DNA of 64,000 nt from Candidatus Hadarchaeum sp. (GCA_020725895.1 DYTO01000001.1:30894-94893); one strand, 5' to 3'; shown: positions 23,705-33,549, counted from the first letter of the stretch. Translations and numbers: made by a program. Notes: generated by a model not told the origin, from the sequence alone.

Positions 23705-23852
23705 GGGGTCGTAGTGTAGCTTGGCAGCACACCGGCCCAGAACCGGGCTGAAGGCAGGCTCCAGTGGATGCTTGTAGGTCTGCTGACGAAAGGATGATGA
23801 CCTATTGGAGCGGTGAGACCTGCAAATCCGGGTTCAAATCCTGGCGACCCCA
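23705..23852 (+). tRNA. tRNA-Trp(CCA) with 53-nt intron between positions 37/38, plus a possible second roughly 20-nt insertion 5' of the anticodon stem
   Basis: Acceptor GGGGTCG (23705-11) pairs CGACCCC (23845-51), discriminator A 23852. D-arm GTGT/ACAC. Anticodon stem GCAGG (23754-58) pairs CCTGC (23819-23). Anticodon loop CT-CCA-G, anticodon 23761-63. T-arm CCGGG-TTCAAAT-CCTGG (23828-44). Intron 23765-23817. An extra CGGCCCAGAACCGGGCTGAA (about 23733-23752) between D-arm and anticodon stem is unexplained. Confidence 0.6.
23765..23817 (+). ncRNA. tRNA-Trp intron with box C/D-like guide RNA motifs
   Basis: Canonical C' box ATGATGA (23794-800) and D' box CTGA (23783-86); degenerate terminal boxes (TGGATGC 5', GTGAG 3'). 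Guide TGTAGGT (23773-79) pairs exon ACCTGCA, placing the N+5 nucleotide opposite tRNA position 39. Guide TTGGAGC (23805-11) pairs exon GCTCCA, with G23808 opposite C34. Confidence 0.45.
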
Positions 23853-24010
23853 CCTCGATTCAAACGACAATATTTGACAACCTTTTTACAAGGCAGATAA
23901 CAGAGTTATTAATGATGTCGTTCAACATAAGCGCGATGTCAATTTCGAAAGGACGTTTTTGCATGACTAAATTATTTCCAAACCCGGAGCTTGCGTGGGG
24001 GGGGCAATAG

Positions 24011-24298
24011 ATGGTTTTAGATACGATCATATTTGGCGTACTTGGATTGATGGCCGTACTAGTTGGCATAAAACTAGTTTCATATTCAATTAGAAACTCA
24101 AGAATACTGAAGGGCGCGAACGCGCGATACCTGATATCAATGGGTGTGCTGCTTCTAGTTATGGGTGCGGCAACCCATGCTGTTCATCACCTCTTTCCAG
24201 AAGAATTTGATATTGGTGCGGAAGAGGTTACACTTGCAGCTTATTCCGTTGGTACATTACTTATGATGATCGGAACAACGCGCGCTATTGGTTGTTAA
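24011..24298 (+). CDS. small membrane protein (2-3 TM), possibly the detached membrane anchor of the downstream PAS sensor
   Basis: 95 aa, hydrophobic. In the same reading frame as the 24350 ORF, separated only by a single TAA at 24296-98. Confidence 0.4.
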   Translation: MVLDTIIFGVLGLMAVLVGIKLVSYSIRNSRILKGANARYLISMGVLLLVMGAATHAVHHLFPEEFDIGAEEVTLAAYSVGTLLMMIGTTRAIGC

Positions 24299-24349
24299 AA
24301 AAGCATCCGGAAAGTTACCATTGCGAAAATTGCTGAAGACCACCCAGGG

Positions 24350-25689
24350 ATGGCACCTTTTGATCAGCTCATTTATTTTGTTACCAATTTTACTTCCGGT
24401 TTCGGCGCTTGCTTTCACCATCAATCCAGAAGTGGAACTTTTTCATGCGGCAATCATGGTTTTTTGATTGTCATGTTCTCGATTTTCGCAATGGGGGAAA
24501 GGATGGTTCGGTCGGCCATTCATCCGGTGCTGATTTCTGCGAGGCGAGGCCCAGAAGGTGAGGTGCTCAGGGCAGACATTCACACCGTTGTAGCATACTC
24601 TGACCTCATATCGCGATTTTCCGCCGCCACCACTTTGTCAACTGGTATTGATCTCCCGAGAGAAGTGTTATCACAGTGCATCACTAGACACGATGTTCTC
24701 AAGGGCTGCGAGTTCGATGACAAGGGATTTTTCAAGTCTGAATGTGCGGTAGAAAATATAACTAAGATGAATCAGACAAAATCTTTACCAATGATTCGCA
24801 ACGCTTATTCTGAACTCGCCACACGTTTGATAACTCTTTATGGTGCCGCGACATCTCCATGCATCGCCAAGGAAACCTTCGAAAAGGCATACAAAGCGGT
24901 TAAGAACGAATACCCAACATTGCAAAACTTCGTGGAGATTACGCGGGGATTGCCACCCGGGATTCTGGACGATGAGAAGTTGGCATTTTCAAAAAAGGAG
25001 GAGCTTGAGCAGATGGTAAAGCAGAAGACGGTCGAATTGCAGAAGAAGGTCGAAGAACTGGAGCGCACGCAATATGGACTTTCGGTTAGCGAGAAACGTT
25101 TTGGAAACTTGATTAGCATGCTTCCAGAACCGATTTTTGAGGCCAATGAAGAGGGTGAAATCACTTTCCTGAACTTGTCAGCGCACGATAGTTTTGGCTA
25201 TACTCCGAAAGATTTCGACAAGGGAATAAACGTGTACCAACTTTTGTCCACGGAGATCGCGAGAAGGCAAAGTCATGCATCGATGAAGCGATTAAAGAAA
25301 AAAAGGTTTGTAGCGAGGAGCTAAATGCCGTTAAAAAAGACGGAGAAAACTTCCCTGTCTTGATGAGGGTAAGCCCAATAATTTACGCGGACAGACCGGT
25401 CGGCCTGAGAGGCATCTTCGTTAACATCTCGGATCGAAAGCAAATCGAGCAGGTGAAACGCGAAGGCTTGATTCAGACTATCAAAAAATTGCAGATGGCG
25501 CGGAAGACAGTTCTGCCGGAACCAACGTTGGATAAACTAAGGAGAACACAAATCGAGGCGATTGATACAATCAAAAAACATCTTGAGGTCGGTAGGCCAT
25601 CGCCCGTAGTCGAGGCGTACAAAGAGTTACTCGCAAAACCGTTGGAAGGAACTAAAGCACGCAAAAAGCAACGTCGAAAAAAGACTTGA
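24350..25689 (+). pseudogene. PAS-domain sensor protein gene interrupted by a 1-nt frameshift (or sequencing error) near 25241-25250
   Basis: ORF 24350..25324 ends ...EEGEITFLNLSAHDSFGYTPKDFDKGINVYQLL, the first half of a PAS fold, then reads out of frame to a stop. The -1 frame continues VHGDREKAKSCIDEAIKEKKVCSEELNAVKKDGENFPVLMRVSPIIYADRPVGLRGIFVNISDRKQ, the second half of the PAS domain, into ORF 25360..25689. The shift occurs at the cttttg T4 run. Confidence 0.5.
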
Positions 25690-25800
25690 TTTTTGATAAA
25701 ATGCGTAGATTAAATCCGAGATTAAAATTCAAGTGATTCCACCAGAATTTCCCAGAATTTCATAACTTTATTAAACAATACAATCAACTAAGGTGAAATC

Positions 25801-26279
25801 ATGGACCGAAAAGGAATCTCTCCGGCGATAATAATCGTGGTGGTCGTTGCAGTCGTTGGAGTTGCCGGAGGCGCGATATTGCTAACGCGCGGAGGCACAG
25901 GCGGAGTCGTGCGGGGTCTCTTCAGCTTCAAGTTTACAGTACAGCATGGAACTGAGCGGCGGGGGGGACGTCGCTGACGGGCACTGTTTACATGAAAAAC
26001 ATCGGGCAGAGCAATTTCAAGATCAGATACGACACGATATATGAGAACATTGAATCAAAAGTAATCGGTGACGTGGCATAAAACAAGGTGTGGGTCTGGA
26101 CCTCATCAACTGATTGGGTGGAGACTCAAGATGCCGACATCTCATCTTACAATTTCTCAAGTCAACTTTCGGGCTGGACTGGAGGAGACTACACAGCCAC
26201 CGTCGGCGGCACCACGATAAGACTTTATGATGTCCAAGTGAACCCGACTCTTGCAGATTCGATGTTCACTCCAGCTTGA
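25801..26279 (+). pseudogene. archaeal type IV pilin-like (class III signal peptide) gene disrupted at a G7 homopolymer and by an in-frame TAA
   Basis: MDRKGISPAIIIVVVVAVVGVAGGAILL is a prepilin-peptidase-type signal (KG|ISP). The frame terminates at 25975-77 just after the G7 run (25961-67). With 8 Gs the frame stays open to TAA 26079-81, reading ...GTSLTGTVYMKNIGQSNFKIRYDTIYENIESKVIGDVA. The same frame then continues as ORF 26088..26279. Local GC is low. Confidence 0.45.
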
Positions 26280-26309
26280 GTCAATTCAAAAAATATTCTG
26301 GGATTCAAC

Positions 26310-27479
26310 TCACTTGTTTATGTGCACAACCTTCGCTGGCGGGAAGCCGTTGAAGTAAGTCGACGAAGCAATCGAATAAGCCCCGATGTTCTCGGCGTAA
26401 ACCAAATCATCTATTTCAAGATCAGGCAGTTCGTCCGAAAGTGAAATAGTGTCGAACGCGTCGCACGTCGGCCCGAACGTCGCGCTGATTTTCTTCTCGC
26501 CTTCCTTGAATGCTTTCAACGGGTAAAGGCAGTGGTCGAAAACTTGGCCGGAAAAGGTGTGGTAGACTCCGTCGTTCAGGTAGTAGCAAGGCTTCCCCTC
26601 CCTGAACGCCTTCCCGATGACCTTAGCCACGAGCGTGCATGCGTCAGCAACGATGAACCTCCCAGGCTCGGCGATTATCTGCGTGCCCGGCGGGAACAGC
26701 CTCTTAAACTCGGAATTTATTTTTCTAGCCAAAGTCTTGAACGATTTCACATGCGGATCGTACTTGACCGGGAATCCACCGCCGATGTCCAATATCTGAA
26801 TTTTCCTCCCCCTCAACTCGACCTCCTTGAAGATCGACGATGCGAGGTGAAGCGCCTGCACGTAGTTGTCAAAGTTCGTGCACTGGCTCCCAACGTGGAA
26901 ACTCAACCCTTCGACCACAAACCCAACCTTGTACGCTTCCTCGATCAGGTCGACCGCCTCGCCCGGGTGTGCCCCGAATTTCGAAGAAAGCTCTACCATC
27001 GACCCGGTGTTAGGCACCCTTATCCTGAGGACAAGCCCCGCGCTCGGGCAATGTTTCTTTATCTTTTTTATCTCCTCGATGTTGTCGTAAGTCACGAGCG
27101 GCTTGTAGGGTTCGAGCGCCTCCAGCGTCTCGGCCGGCTTTATCGTGTTCGCGTATATTATCTTGTCCCAGATGAAATCCTGCCTCTCCTTCCCGGGTAG
27201 GTGCTTGATGTTGTCATAAACGAGCATGAACTCCGGGAAGGAAGCGACGTCGAAACTCGCGCCCATCGCATATAACGTCCTTATGATTTCCGGGTTCGAG
27301 TTGGCCTTCACAGCGTAGTAAGCTTGGACATTGGGCAAATGCTCTTTGAACTCGCGGTAATTCTGCCTTATTTTTTCATGGTCAATCACGAAGACCGGCG
27401 TGCCGTGCTCTTTCGCTATCAGCCTGTACAATTCCTTGTCTATTCCTTCTTCCTCTTTTTTCATTGCAGACCCAACCAT
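26310..27479 (-). CDS. PLP-dependent group IV decarboxylase, ornithine decarboxylase-like (Orn/Lys/Arg/DAP family)
   Basis: YAVKAN PLP-lysine motif, GGGFPV, FHVGSQ (ODC-type), CYYLNDGVYH. 389 aa. Confidence 0.8.
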   Translation of the reverse strand: MVGSAMKKEEEGIDKELYRLIAKEHGTPVFVIDHEKIRQNYREFKEHLPNVQAYYAVKANSNPEIIRTLYAMGASFDVASFPEFMLVYDNIKHLPGKERQDFIWDKIIYANTIKPAETLEALEPYKPLVTYDNIEEIKKIKKHCPSAGLVLRIRVPNTGSMVELSSKFGAHPGEAVDLIEEAYKVGFVVEGLSFHVGSQCTNFDNYVQALHLASSIFKEVELRGRKIQILDIGGGFPVKYDPHVKSFKTLARKINSEFKRLFPPGTQIIAEPGRFIVADACTLVAKVIGKAFREGKPCYYLNDGVYHTFSGQVFDHCLYPLKAFKEGEKKISATFGPTCDAFDTISLSDELPDLEIDDLVYAENIGAYSIASSTYFNGFPPAKVVHINK

Positions 27480-27494
27480 GGTAATTAGATGATC

Positions 27495-28955
27495 TCACGG
27501 TATAAATAGGAAATTTTTGAATTGCCAAGGATCATCATCGTTTTTCGCGTCGGGGTTTTCCTTGAAGAAGACTTTCCTGTTTTTCAGCGGCGTCCAGTCA
27601 TAAGGTTTCGAAACGATTTTTCCGAGGTAAGGCCCGGCAACTTTCAAAATGTATTCGTGTGGGAGGTCGTCAGGCAGGCAGACGCCCATTCTCGGGTTCT
27701 CCAACATCCAGCAGACGGCAGAAACAACGCCCGCCGCCACTTGAAGCGTTGTCGCGTTTTCCCCCGGCGCAAGCATTCTAGCCCCCTCGATGCTCAGGAC
27801 GCTCCCAGTCCACCACGAGTTGTACCTGTGACCCATCAGCAGTGCCCCTAGTATATCGTCGCCCTTCGTTATCTCGTCGTTCATTATCCTGATTTTCGGC
27901 TGCATCTGGTAGTTCCTCGACCGCAGCTCGTGAAGAGATGAAAGAGTTTCGTGGCAGGCGTGGTACGCGTAGTGGACGGTCGGGCGATAGGCGGCCTCAC
28001 CGTTGTTCCACACAGTCAACCGATCAGAAATCCCGAATGCCTCACCGTGTCTGATCATCATCCCGACGATTTCCTCCCCAGGTATCCAAGATCTCACCCA
28101 GGTGTTGATTCCCATCTGGGCGAGGAATATCTGGTTCTTGGGCCCGTAAGGTGGCACATGAGCGAGCTTCGGCAGTTGCGTTTCGTGCGTGCCCCAGCCC
28201 ATCTCAGCAGGCGCAGTCCCCTCCTCCCTTAGCCCCTCTATGCTCCAAGTCCCGACGAACTCGTTGACCTCCTTTGGCCTCTTTGTGATCTGGGTGTCGC
28301 GCTCGCTGCAGTGTATGACCTTCACGCCTAGGTTCATCGAAAGCTCAGCGAAGTTCCTTTCCTTTATCAGTCGCGATAGCTTTTCCGCCGCCCCTTTCGA
28401 AACTTTTTTGTCGGAAATCAATTTTTTCGCGATATCGATAAGCCCCAATTTCGTGAAGTGGGAGATCAAACCGGGGTTTGCGCCGTGGTCCAGCACAGCT
28501 GTCGGGGAATCCTTCCAGTCCTTGATCAACTCCCTTATCTTCATCTGCCTGTAGTAGAGCGATTTTTCGAAAGGCGATTTCTTGTCCATGTCCTTTTCAG
28601 GATCCCACTGCTCGACGGAAGTGTTGACGTAGAGGACGTCGTGGTCGTGGCACCACTTCAGCAGCGACTGGCACTCGATGTTCCAGGCGAGGTCGACGAT
28701 CAGCCCGCCGCTGCCGACATACTTCGATAGCGTTTTTTCGAGATTTTGTCTTGTTATTTTCATGTGGACGAATTTTACCCCCCTGTCCGTCCATTTCTTC
28801 AGTATTTTCGACTTGTCTTCGAAATCGATTATCGTGATGTTCTTGCAAGGGATTTTGACATGCTTCAGGAGTATGGGCAGCGTGCACTTCGCAACCGCGC
28901 CATAACCGAGCATCAGAACCTTTTTTTCAAACTTCAACTTTTTCGCGACTTTCAT
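27495..28955 (-). CDS. homospermidine synthase-like / saccharopine dehydrogenase-family NAD-dependent enzyme
   Basis: 486 aa. N-terminal Rossmann LMLGYGAVAKCTLPILLKH closely resembles the bacterial HSS N-terminus (G-F/Y-G-x-I/V-x-x-x-TLP-L/I-x-x-H). The size fits bacterial HSS (about 480 aa) rather than CANSDH (about 400 aa). Directly upstream of the decarboxylase gene on the same strand. Confidence 0.55.
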   Translation of the reverse strand: MKVAKKLKFEKKVLMLGYGAVAKCTLPILLKHVKIPCKNITIIDFEDKSKILKKWTDRGVKFVHMKITRQNLEKTLSKYVGSGGLIVDLAWNIECQSLLKWCHDHDVLYVNTSVEQWDPEKDMDKKSPFEKSLYYRQMKIRELIKDWKDSPTAVLDHGANPGLISHFTKLGLIDIAKKLISDKKVSKGAAEKLSRLIKERNFAELSMNLGVKVIHCSERDTQITKRPKEVNEFVGTWSIEGLREEGTAPAEMGWGTHETQLPKLAHVPPYGPKNQIFLAQMGINTWVRSWIPGEEIVGMMIRHGEAFGISDRLTVWNNGEAAYRPTVHYAYHACHETLSSLHELRSRNYQMQPKIRIMNDEITKGDDILGALLMGHRYNSWWTGSVLSIEGARMLAPGENATTLQVAAGVVSAVCWMLENPRMGVCLPDDLPHEYILKVAGPYLGKIVSKPYDWTPLKNRKVFFKENPDAKNDDDPWQFKNFLFIP

Positions 28956-29048
28956 TTTATCTACAAAATAATCTAGACTCAGGATTTATAGTTTTCTGAA
29001 AACTCGCCGCGACCCGAGTCGCTACTTTATTATCCCGGCTGGACGAAT

Positions 29049-31472
29049 TTGGGTGATAACATGCAGCAAAGGGTCGTGTTCCCATTCTCAGCGATCGTCG
29101 GCATGGACAAGCTCAAGCTGGCTATTTTGATAAACGCGATAAACCCGAAAGTAGGTGGTTTGCTGATTCGTGGCCCGAAAGGCTCCGGAAAGACCACGGC
29201 CGTTCGTGGACTGTCGGAAATTCTTCCGAACATAAAAGTTGTTAAAGATTGCCCTTTCAAGTGCAACCCAAGCGACCCATCCAACATGTGTTCGAAGTGC
29301 ACTGAGCGTCAGGGCCGAGGAGAGCAGCTTCCCGTTGAAGAGAGGAAAATGGCAGTGGTCAATCTCCCGCTCGGAGCCACCGAGGACCGCGTTATCGGGA
29401 GCTTGGACGTCGAGAAGGTGATCAAGCAGGGGATCGAAGCTCTCGAACCCGGGATACTGGCGGACGCGAACCAGAACATCCTTTACGTCGACGAGATCAA
29501 CCTCCTTCCTGACCACATTTCGGACGATCTCTTGGACGCCGCCGCGACGGGATGGAACGTCGTCGAGCGCGAAGGAATTTCCGTGAGCCATCCGTCACGT
29601 TTCGTTTTCATCGGGACCATGAACCCTGAGGAGGGGGAGTTGAGGCCGCAGCTCCTCGACAGGTTCCCGCTATCTGTGGGCGTCGATAAAGTCGCATCGG
29701 CCGCTGAGAGAATCGAAATCGTCAAGAGGAACATAGATTTCGAGAAGAACCCGGCAGCGCTGCATGAGAAGTACAAGGCAGTTCAGGAGGAACTCAAGAA
29801 GAGGATAGGCCAGGCCCAAGAGACCCTACCGAAAGTAAAAATTTCTGAGAAGCTTTTGATTTTGATAAGCAAGGTATGTCTCGATTTGAAAGTTGACGGG
29901 GTCCGGCCGGACATAGTGATCGCGAAAGCAGCCGCTACTCTGGCAGCTTACGAAAACAGGAAGAACGTTATACTGAAGGATGTCGTCCTTGCCACCGAAC
30001 TTGCGCTGGGCCACAGGACTAGGGAGGGTGGATTTTTGGAGCCAGCAACGCCGGACGACATCAGACAGGCGATTGAGAAAAAGGCGCAAGAAACGCAATA
30101 TTCTGATGAGGACTTTTCAAAGGAATCCCCGCCGTCAGGTACGGAAGAAAGGGAAGATGAAACAGATGTGGTGGACGAGCCGGAGCCCCGTATTCGCGAC
30201 AAGCCCTCGTTTAAATCCGATAAAGATTCCAAAACGAGCTACAAGGACCAATCTTTCAAGGGCACAATGGAGAAGAAGCAATCAATTTTCTCATCTGCAA
30301 TCGGAAAACTCGTTTACGCCCTAAGAGGGAAATCGAAGGACGAGCAGGAGAAGATTGACTCCCCGAAAGGCGGGGAGGCGGGAGGAGAAGGCGGCGCAGA
30401 AAGGATTTTCGACGACATCGGAGAAGTCGGTGACGCCATTCCATCGGTGAGCGCAGCTTTGACCGCGCTGGACGTGACTAGTGGTGCGCTGATTTTAGAA
30501 AAGATAGAAAGAAGCACCCTGCCGGCCACAAGTCTCTCTTTCAAGATAAAAAAGAAGACGCGAGGCATCAAAAGCAGCAGTGCCGGGAAGCGGGCCGAGG
30601 CCGTCTCGACCCTCCATCGCGGGCGCGCATACGGCTGGAGATTCCCAAAGGGAAAGCCAAGGGACATTCATTTTCCAGCGACGATCAGAGTGGCCGCGCG
30701 AAGGCAAAAGTTCAGGGAAAAACCGGCCGCCGCCGCGCTGAAGATATGCATGGAGGACGTCAGGGAGAAATCCAGGCTCTACAGGGCGCCGATGACGATA
30801 GTATTCGTGATCGACCTGAGCGGCTCGATGAGGTTTAGCGTAACCGAGGCGAAGCAGGCGATATTGAAGCTCCACGGAGACGCCTATCGCGGGAGGGACA
30901 AGGTCGGTATCGTCGGATTCAAGGGGACTGGCGCGGTCGTCGTCCAGCACCCGATCTCCAACCTTAGAGTCGTCGCAAACAAGCTCTCAACACTGAGGGT
31001 TAGTGGCTTCACGCCGCTCGCGGCAGGGATGCTGAAGGCTTGTGAGGTCCTGAAGGCTTGCAAGAAGAGAGACATGTCGACTATTCCTGTGATGGCCGTG
31101 ATAACCGACGGATGCGCGAACGTCCCTCTCAACAGGAGCCTTGACACGGATGAGGTAAGGTTGTTCAACGAGATGGGCGTAGACAATGGCGCGTATGATT
31201 ATTTGGCGACTAAGGATGTGCTCGACGTTTGTAAGATTATAAAGAAGGAGGGAATCTACACGATTTCAGTCAACACTAACCAGTACCTAACGGGCCGCAA
31301 CACGTACGGCTACTGGGTGACGAGGCAGATTGCACTGCGGACGAACGGCGCACACCACGAGCTTGGCAGGTTCGAGGGGAAGCTCCTGGCGAGCAAGATG
31401 TTTTCGAGCATGAACGAGGATCGAAGGATGATTGGGCTGGATGCTTCGACGAATCGCAATTTACACGGTTGA
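29049..31472 (+). CDS. Mg-chelatase ChlI/ChlD-family AAA+ ATPase fused to a C-terminal vWA domain
   Basis: Walker [10 protein letters not shown], Walker [11 protein letters not shown], sensor/arginine-finger region, then a Cys4 insertion [17 protein letters not shown]. An acidic/Pro-rich linker follows, and then a vWA domain with [15 protein letters not shown] ... GFT. 807 aa. Confidence 0.8.
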   Translation: MGDNMQQRVVFPFSAIVGMDKLKLAILINAINPKVGGLLIRGPKGSGKTTAVRGLSEILPNIKVVKDCPFKCNPSDPSNMCSKCTERQGRGEQLPVEERKMAVVNLPLGATEDRVIGSLDVEKVIKQGIEALEPGILADANQNILYVDEINLLPDHISDDLLDAAATGWNVVEREGISVSHPSRFVFIGTMNPEEGELRPQLLDRFPLSVGVDKVASAAERIEIVKRNIDFEKNPAALHEKYKAVQEELKKRIGQAQETLPKVKISEKLLILISKVCLDLKVDGVRPDIVIAKAAATLAAYENRKNVILKDVVLATELALGHRTREGGFLEPATPDDIRQAIEKKAQETQYSDEDFSKESPPSGTEEREDETDVVDEPEPRIRDKPSFKSDKDSKTSYKDQSFKGTMEKKQSIFSSAIGKLVYALRGKSKDEQEKIDSPKGGEAGGEGGAERIFDDIGEVGDAIPSVSAALTALDVTSGALILEKIERSTLPATSLSFKIKKKTRGIKSSSAGKRAEAVSTLHRGRAYGWRFPKGKPRDIHFPATIRVAARRQKFREKPAAAALKICMEDVREKSRLYRAPMTIVFVIDLSGSMRFSVTEAKQAILKLHGDAYRGRDKVGIVGFKGTGAVVVQHPISNLRVVANKLSTLRVSGFTPLAAGMLKACEVLKACKKRDMSTIPVMAVITDGCANVPLNRSLDTDEVRLFNEMGVDNGAYDYLATKDVLDVCKIIKKEGIYTISVNTNQYLTGRNTYGYWVTRQIALRTNGAHHELGRFEGKLLASKMFSSMNEDRRMIGLDASTNRNLHG

Positions 31473-31528
31473 TTTATTCGCGAAAGATAACCCTTAAATG
31501 TGGGAGCATAAGTGTAGTAGGCGATTGA

Positions 31529-32788
31529 ATGACAGCAGTTATCTCATCTCTCAAGGCACGGAAAATTCTCGACAGCCGGGGAAAGCCTACGATAGAGGCG
31601 GAAGTCGGGGTCAAGTTCGAAGGTAAGACTTTCGTCGGAAGAGCGGCCGCACCGAGCGGCGCCAGCAGGGGAAAATACGAGGTGGCGGACTTTCCGGAAG
31701 GCGGAGTCGATGCCGCGCTCAAGAAAATACCTAAAATACTTTCAGGAATCACAGGCGGCGACGCCTTTGACCAGGAAAAGGTAGACAGAACCCTTCACGA
31801 GATCGACGGCACCCCGAACCTTTCGGAACTCGGAGGGAACACCACTGTCGCGATATCAATGGCGGCCGCGAAGGCGGCAGCCGCGGCGAAAGGGAAGCCG
31901 CTATTCGAGTACATCGGGGGAGGCCGCGAGTTGCCCTACCCGATAGGGAACGTCATCGGAGGGGGAAAGCACGCCGGCTCGATGGCCCCGGACATCCAGG
32001 AGCTCATAGCAGTGTCAGTCGGGGCGAAGAAAGTGAGCGAGGCAGTTTTCTCAAACGCCAGAGTTCACAAAAAGATCAGGGAACTGATAGAAAAGGCGGA
32101 CAAGACGTTCACGGGAGGGAAAGGCGACGAGGGCGCCTGGGCGCCGAACCTCGACAATTACAAGGTCCTGGATATTCTGAGCAAGGCATGCAAGGAGACG
32201 AGCGACGAGACCGGTATAGCGGTCAGGCCATCGATGGACGTCGCCGCAAGCAGCCTTTACGACGAGAAGAAAGGTGTTTACAACTACAAGCGCGAGGGCA
32301 AGATCAGGGACGCGGGAGAGCAGCTCGATTTCATCGTGGAACTGGTCAACAATTACAAGATTTTCTTCCTGGAAGACCCGCTCCACGAGGAGGACTTTGA
32401 GGGATTCGCGGAGCTCACGCGCAAGGTCGGCAAAAAATGCCTTGTTTGCGGGGACGATCTATTCGTCACGAACGTCGAGCTGATAAAGAAGGGAATCGAG
32501 GTCGGCGCGGCGAACTCTGTCCTGATAAAACCAAACCAGATAGGCACGCTCACGGACACCCTGAACGCCGTCAAGCTTTCCAAAGAGAGCGGGCGCGCCC
32601 CCGTGGTTTCCCACCGCTCAGGGGAAACGACGGACGAGACAATCGCCCACCTCGCCGTGGCCTGGGGAGCGACTTTGATAAAGACGGGGACGGTCGGCGG
32701 GGAAAGGATAGCGAAATTGAACGAATTGATAAGGATAGAAGAGACGCTGGGCTCCAAAGCAAGAATGGTGAAGCTGCCTTTCATGTGA
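31529..32788 (+). CDS. eno: enolase
   Basis: ILDSRGKPTIEAEV, SHRSGETTDETIAHLAVA, IKPNQIGTLT: canonical enolase motifs. 419 aa. Confidence 0.95.
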   Translation: MTAVISSLKARKILDSRGKPTIEAEVGVKFEGKTFVGRAAAPSGASRGKYEVADFPEGGVDAALKKIPKILSGITGGDAFDQEKVDRTLHEIDGTPNLSELGGNTTVAISMAAAKAAAAAKGKPLFEYIGGGRELPYPIGNVIGGGKHAGSMAPDIQELIAVSVGAKKVSEAVFSNARVHKKIRELIEKADKTFTGGKGDEGAWAPNLDNYKVLDILSKACKETSDETGIAVRPSMDVAASSLYDEKKGVYNYKREGKIRDAGEQLDFIVELVNNYKIFFLEDPLHEEDFEGFAELTRKVGKKCLVCGDDLFVTNVELIKKGIEVGAANSVLIKPNQIGTLTDTLNAVKLSKESGRAPVVSHRSGETTDETIAHLAVAWGATLIKTGTVGGERIAKLNELIRIEETLGSKARMVKLPFM

Positions 32789-32871
32789 TTTCAGGGCCAA
32801 AAATGGCCCCCAACAGCGTTTATTTATGAGTCAAATTCAATAAATGAAGGGTTTGAAACAGGAGGAAAAAC

Positions 32872-33549
32872 ATGGCAACACCGGAATTTGCGGAAGTGAA
32901 GCTGGTAGACTTCACGACATACCTGTCGAACGGAGTCCACATAGGGACAAGGCAGAAGACAGGCAGCATGAGGCCGTTCATATACAGGGTCAGGCCCGAC
33001 GGGCTCTACGTGCTCGACGTGAGGAAGACGGACGAGAGGATAACCACTGTTGGGAAGTTCCTGGCGAGATTCGACCCCGACCAGATCGTCGCGGTCTCGG
33101 CGAGGCAGTACGGCCAGTATCCGGTCAAAAAGTTCGGCGAAGTCACCGGAATCAAAACAATCGTGGGGAGGTTCATCCCGGGCACTTTCACAAATCCAAA
33201 ATTCAAGGGCTTCTTCGAGCCATCAGTCGTCATAATCACGGACCCGTTTGCGGACGAGCAAACTTTGAAAGAGGCGGCACAGCGCGGCATCCCAACGATA
33301 GGTTTTTGCGACTCGGACAACGAGACCGCGGACATAGACCTCGTTATTCCGACGAACAACAAGGGGCGGCGCGCACTCGCCCTCGTCTACTGGTTGCTAG
33401 CGCGCGAGATACTTAGGGCGCGCGGTGATCTGGCGCCAGACCAGCAGTTCGAGGTCCAGCTCCAGGACTTTGAGATGTGGCCGGGCGGCGAAGGCGAAGT
33501 TGGCGAGGCCGAAGCAGGCGAGTCCGAAGATTTCGGTGGTATCGAGTGA
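32872..33549 (+). CDS. rps2: 30S ribosomal protein S2 (uS2), archaeal type
   Basis: [27 protein letters not shown], acidic C-terminal tail. Conserved position next to eno. Confidence 0.9.
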   Translation: MATPEFAEVKLVDFTTYLSNGVHIGTRQKTGSMRPFIYRVRPDGLYVLDVRKTDERITTVGKFLARFDPDQIVAVSARQYGQYPVKKFGEVTGIKTIVGRFIPGTFTNPKFKGFFEPSVVIITDPFADEQTLKEAAQRGIPTIGFCDSDNETADIDLVIPTNNKGRRALALVYWLLAREILRARGDLAPDQQFEVQLQDFEMWPGGEGEVGEAEAGESEDFGGIE

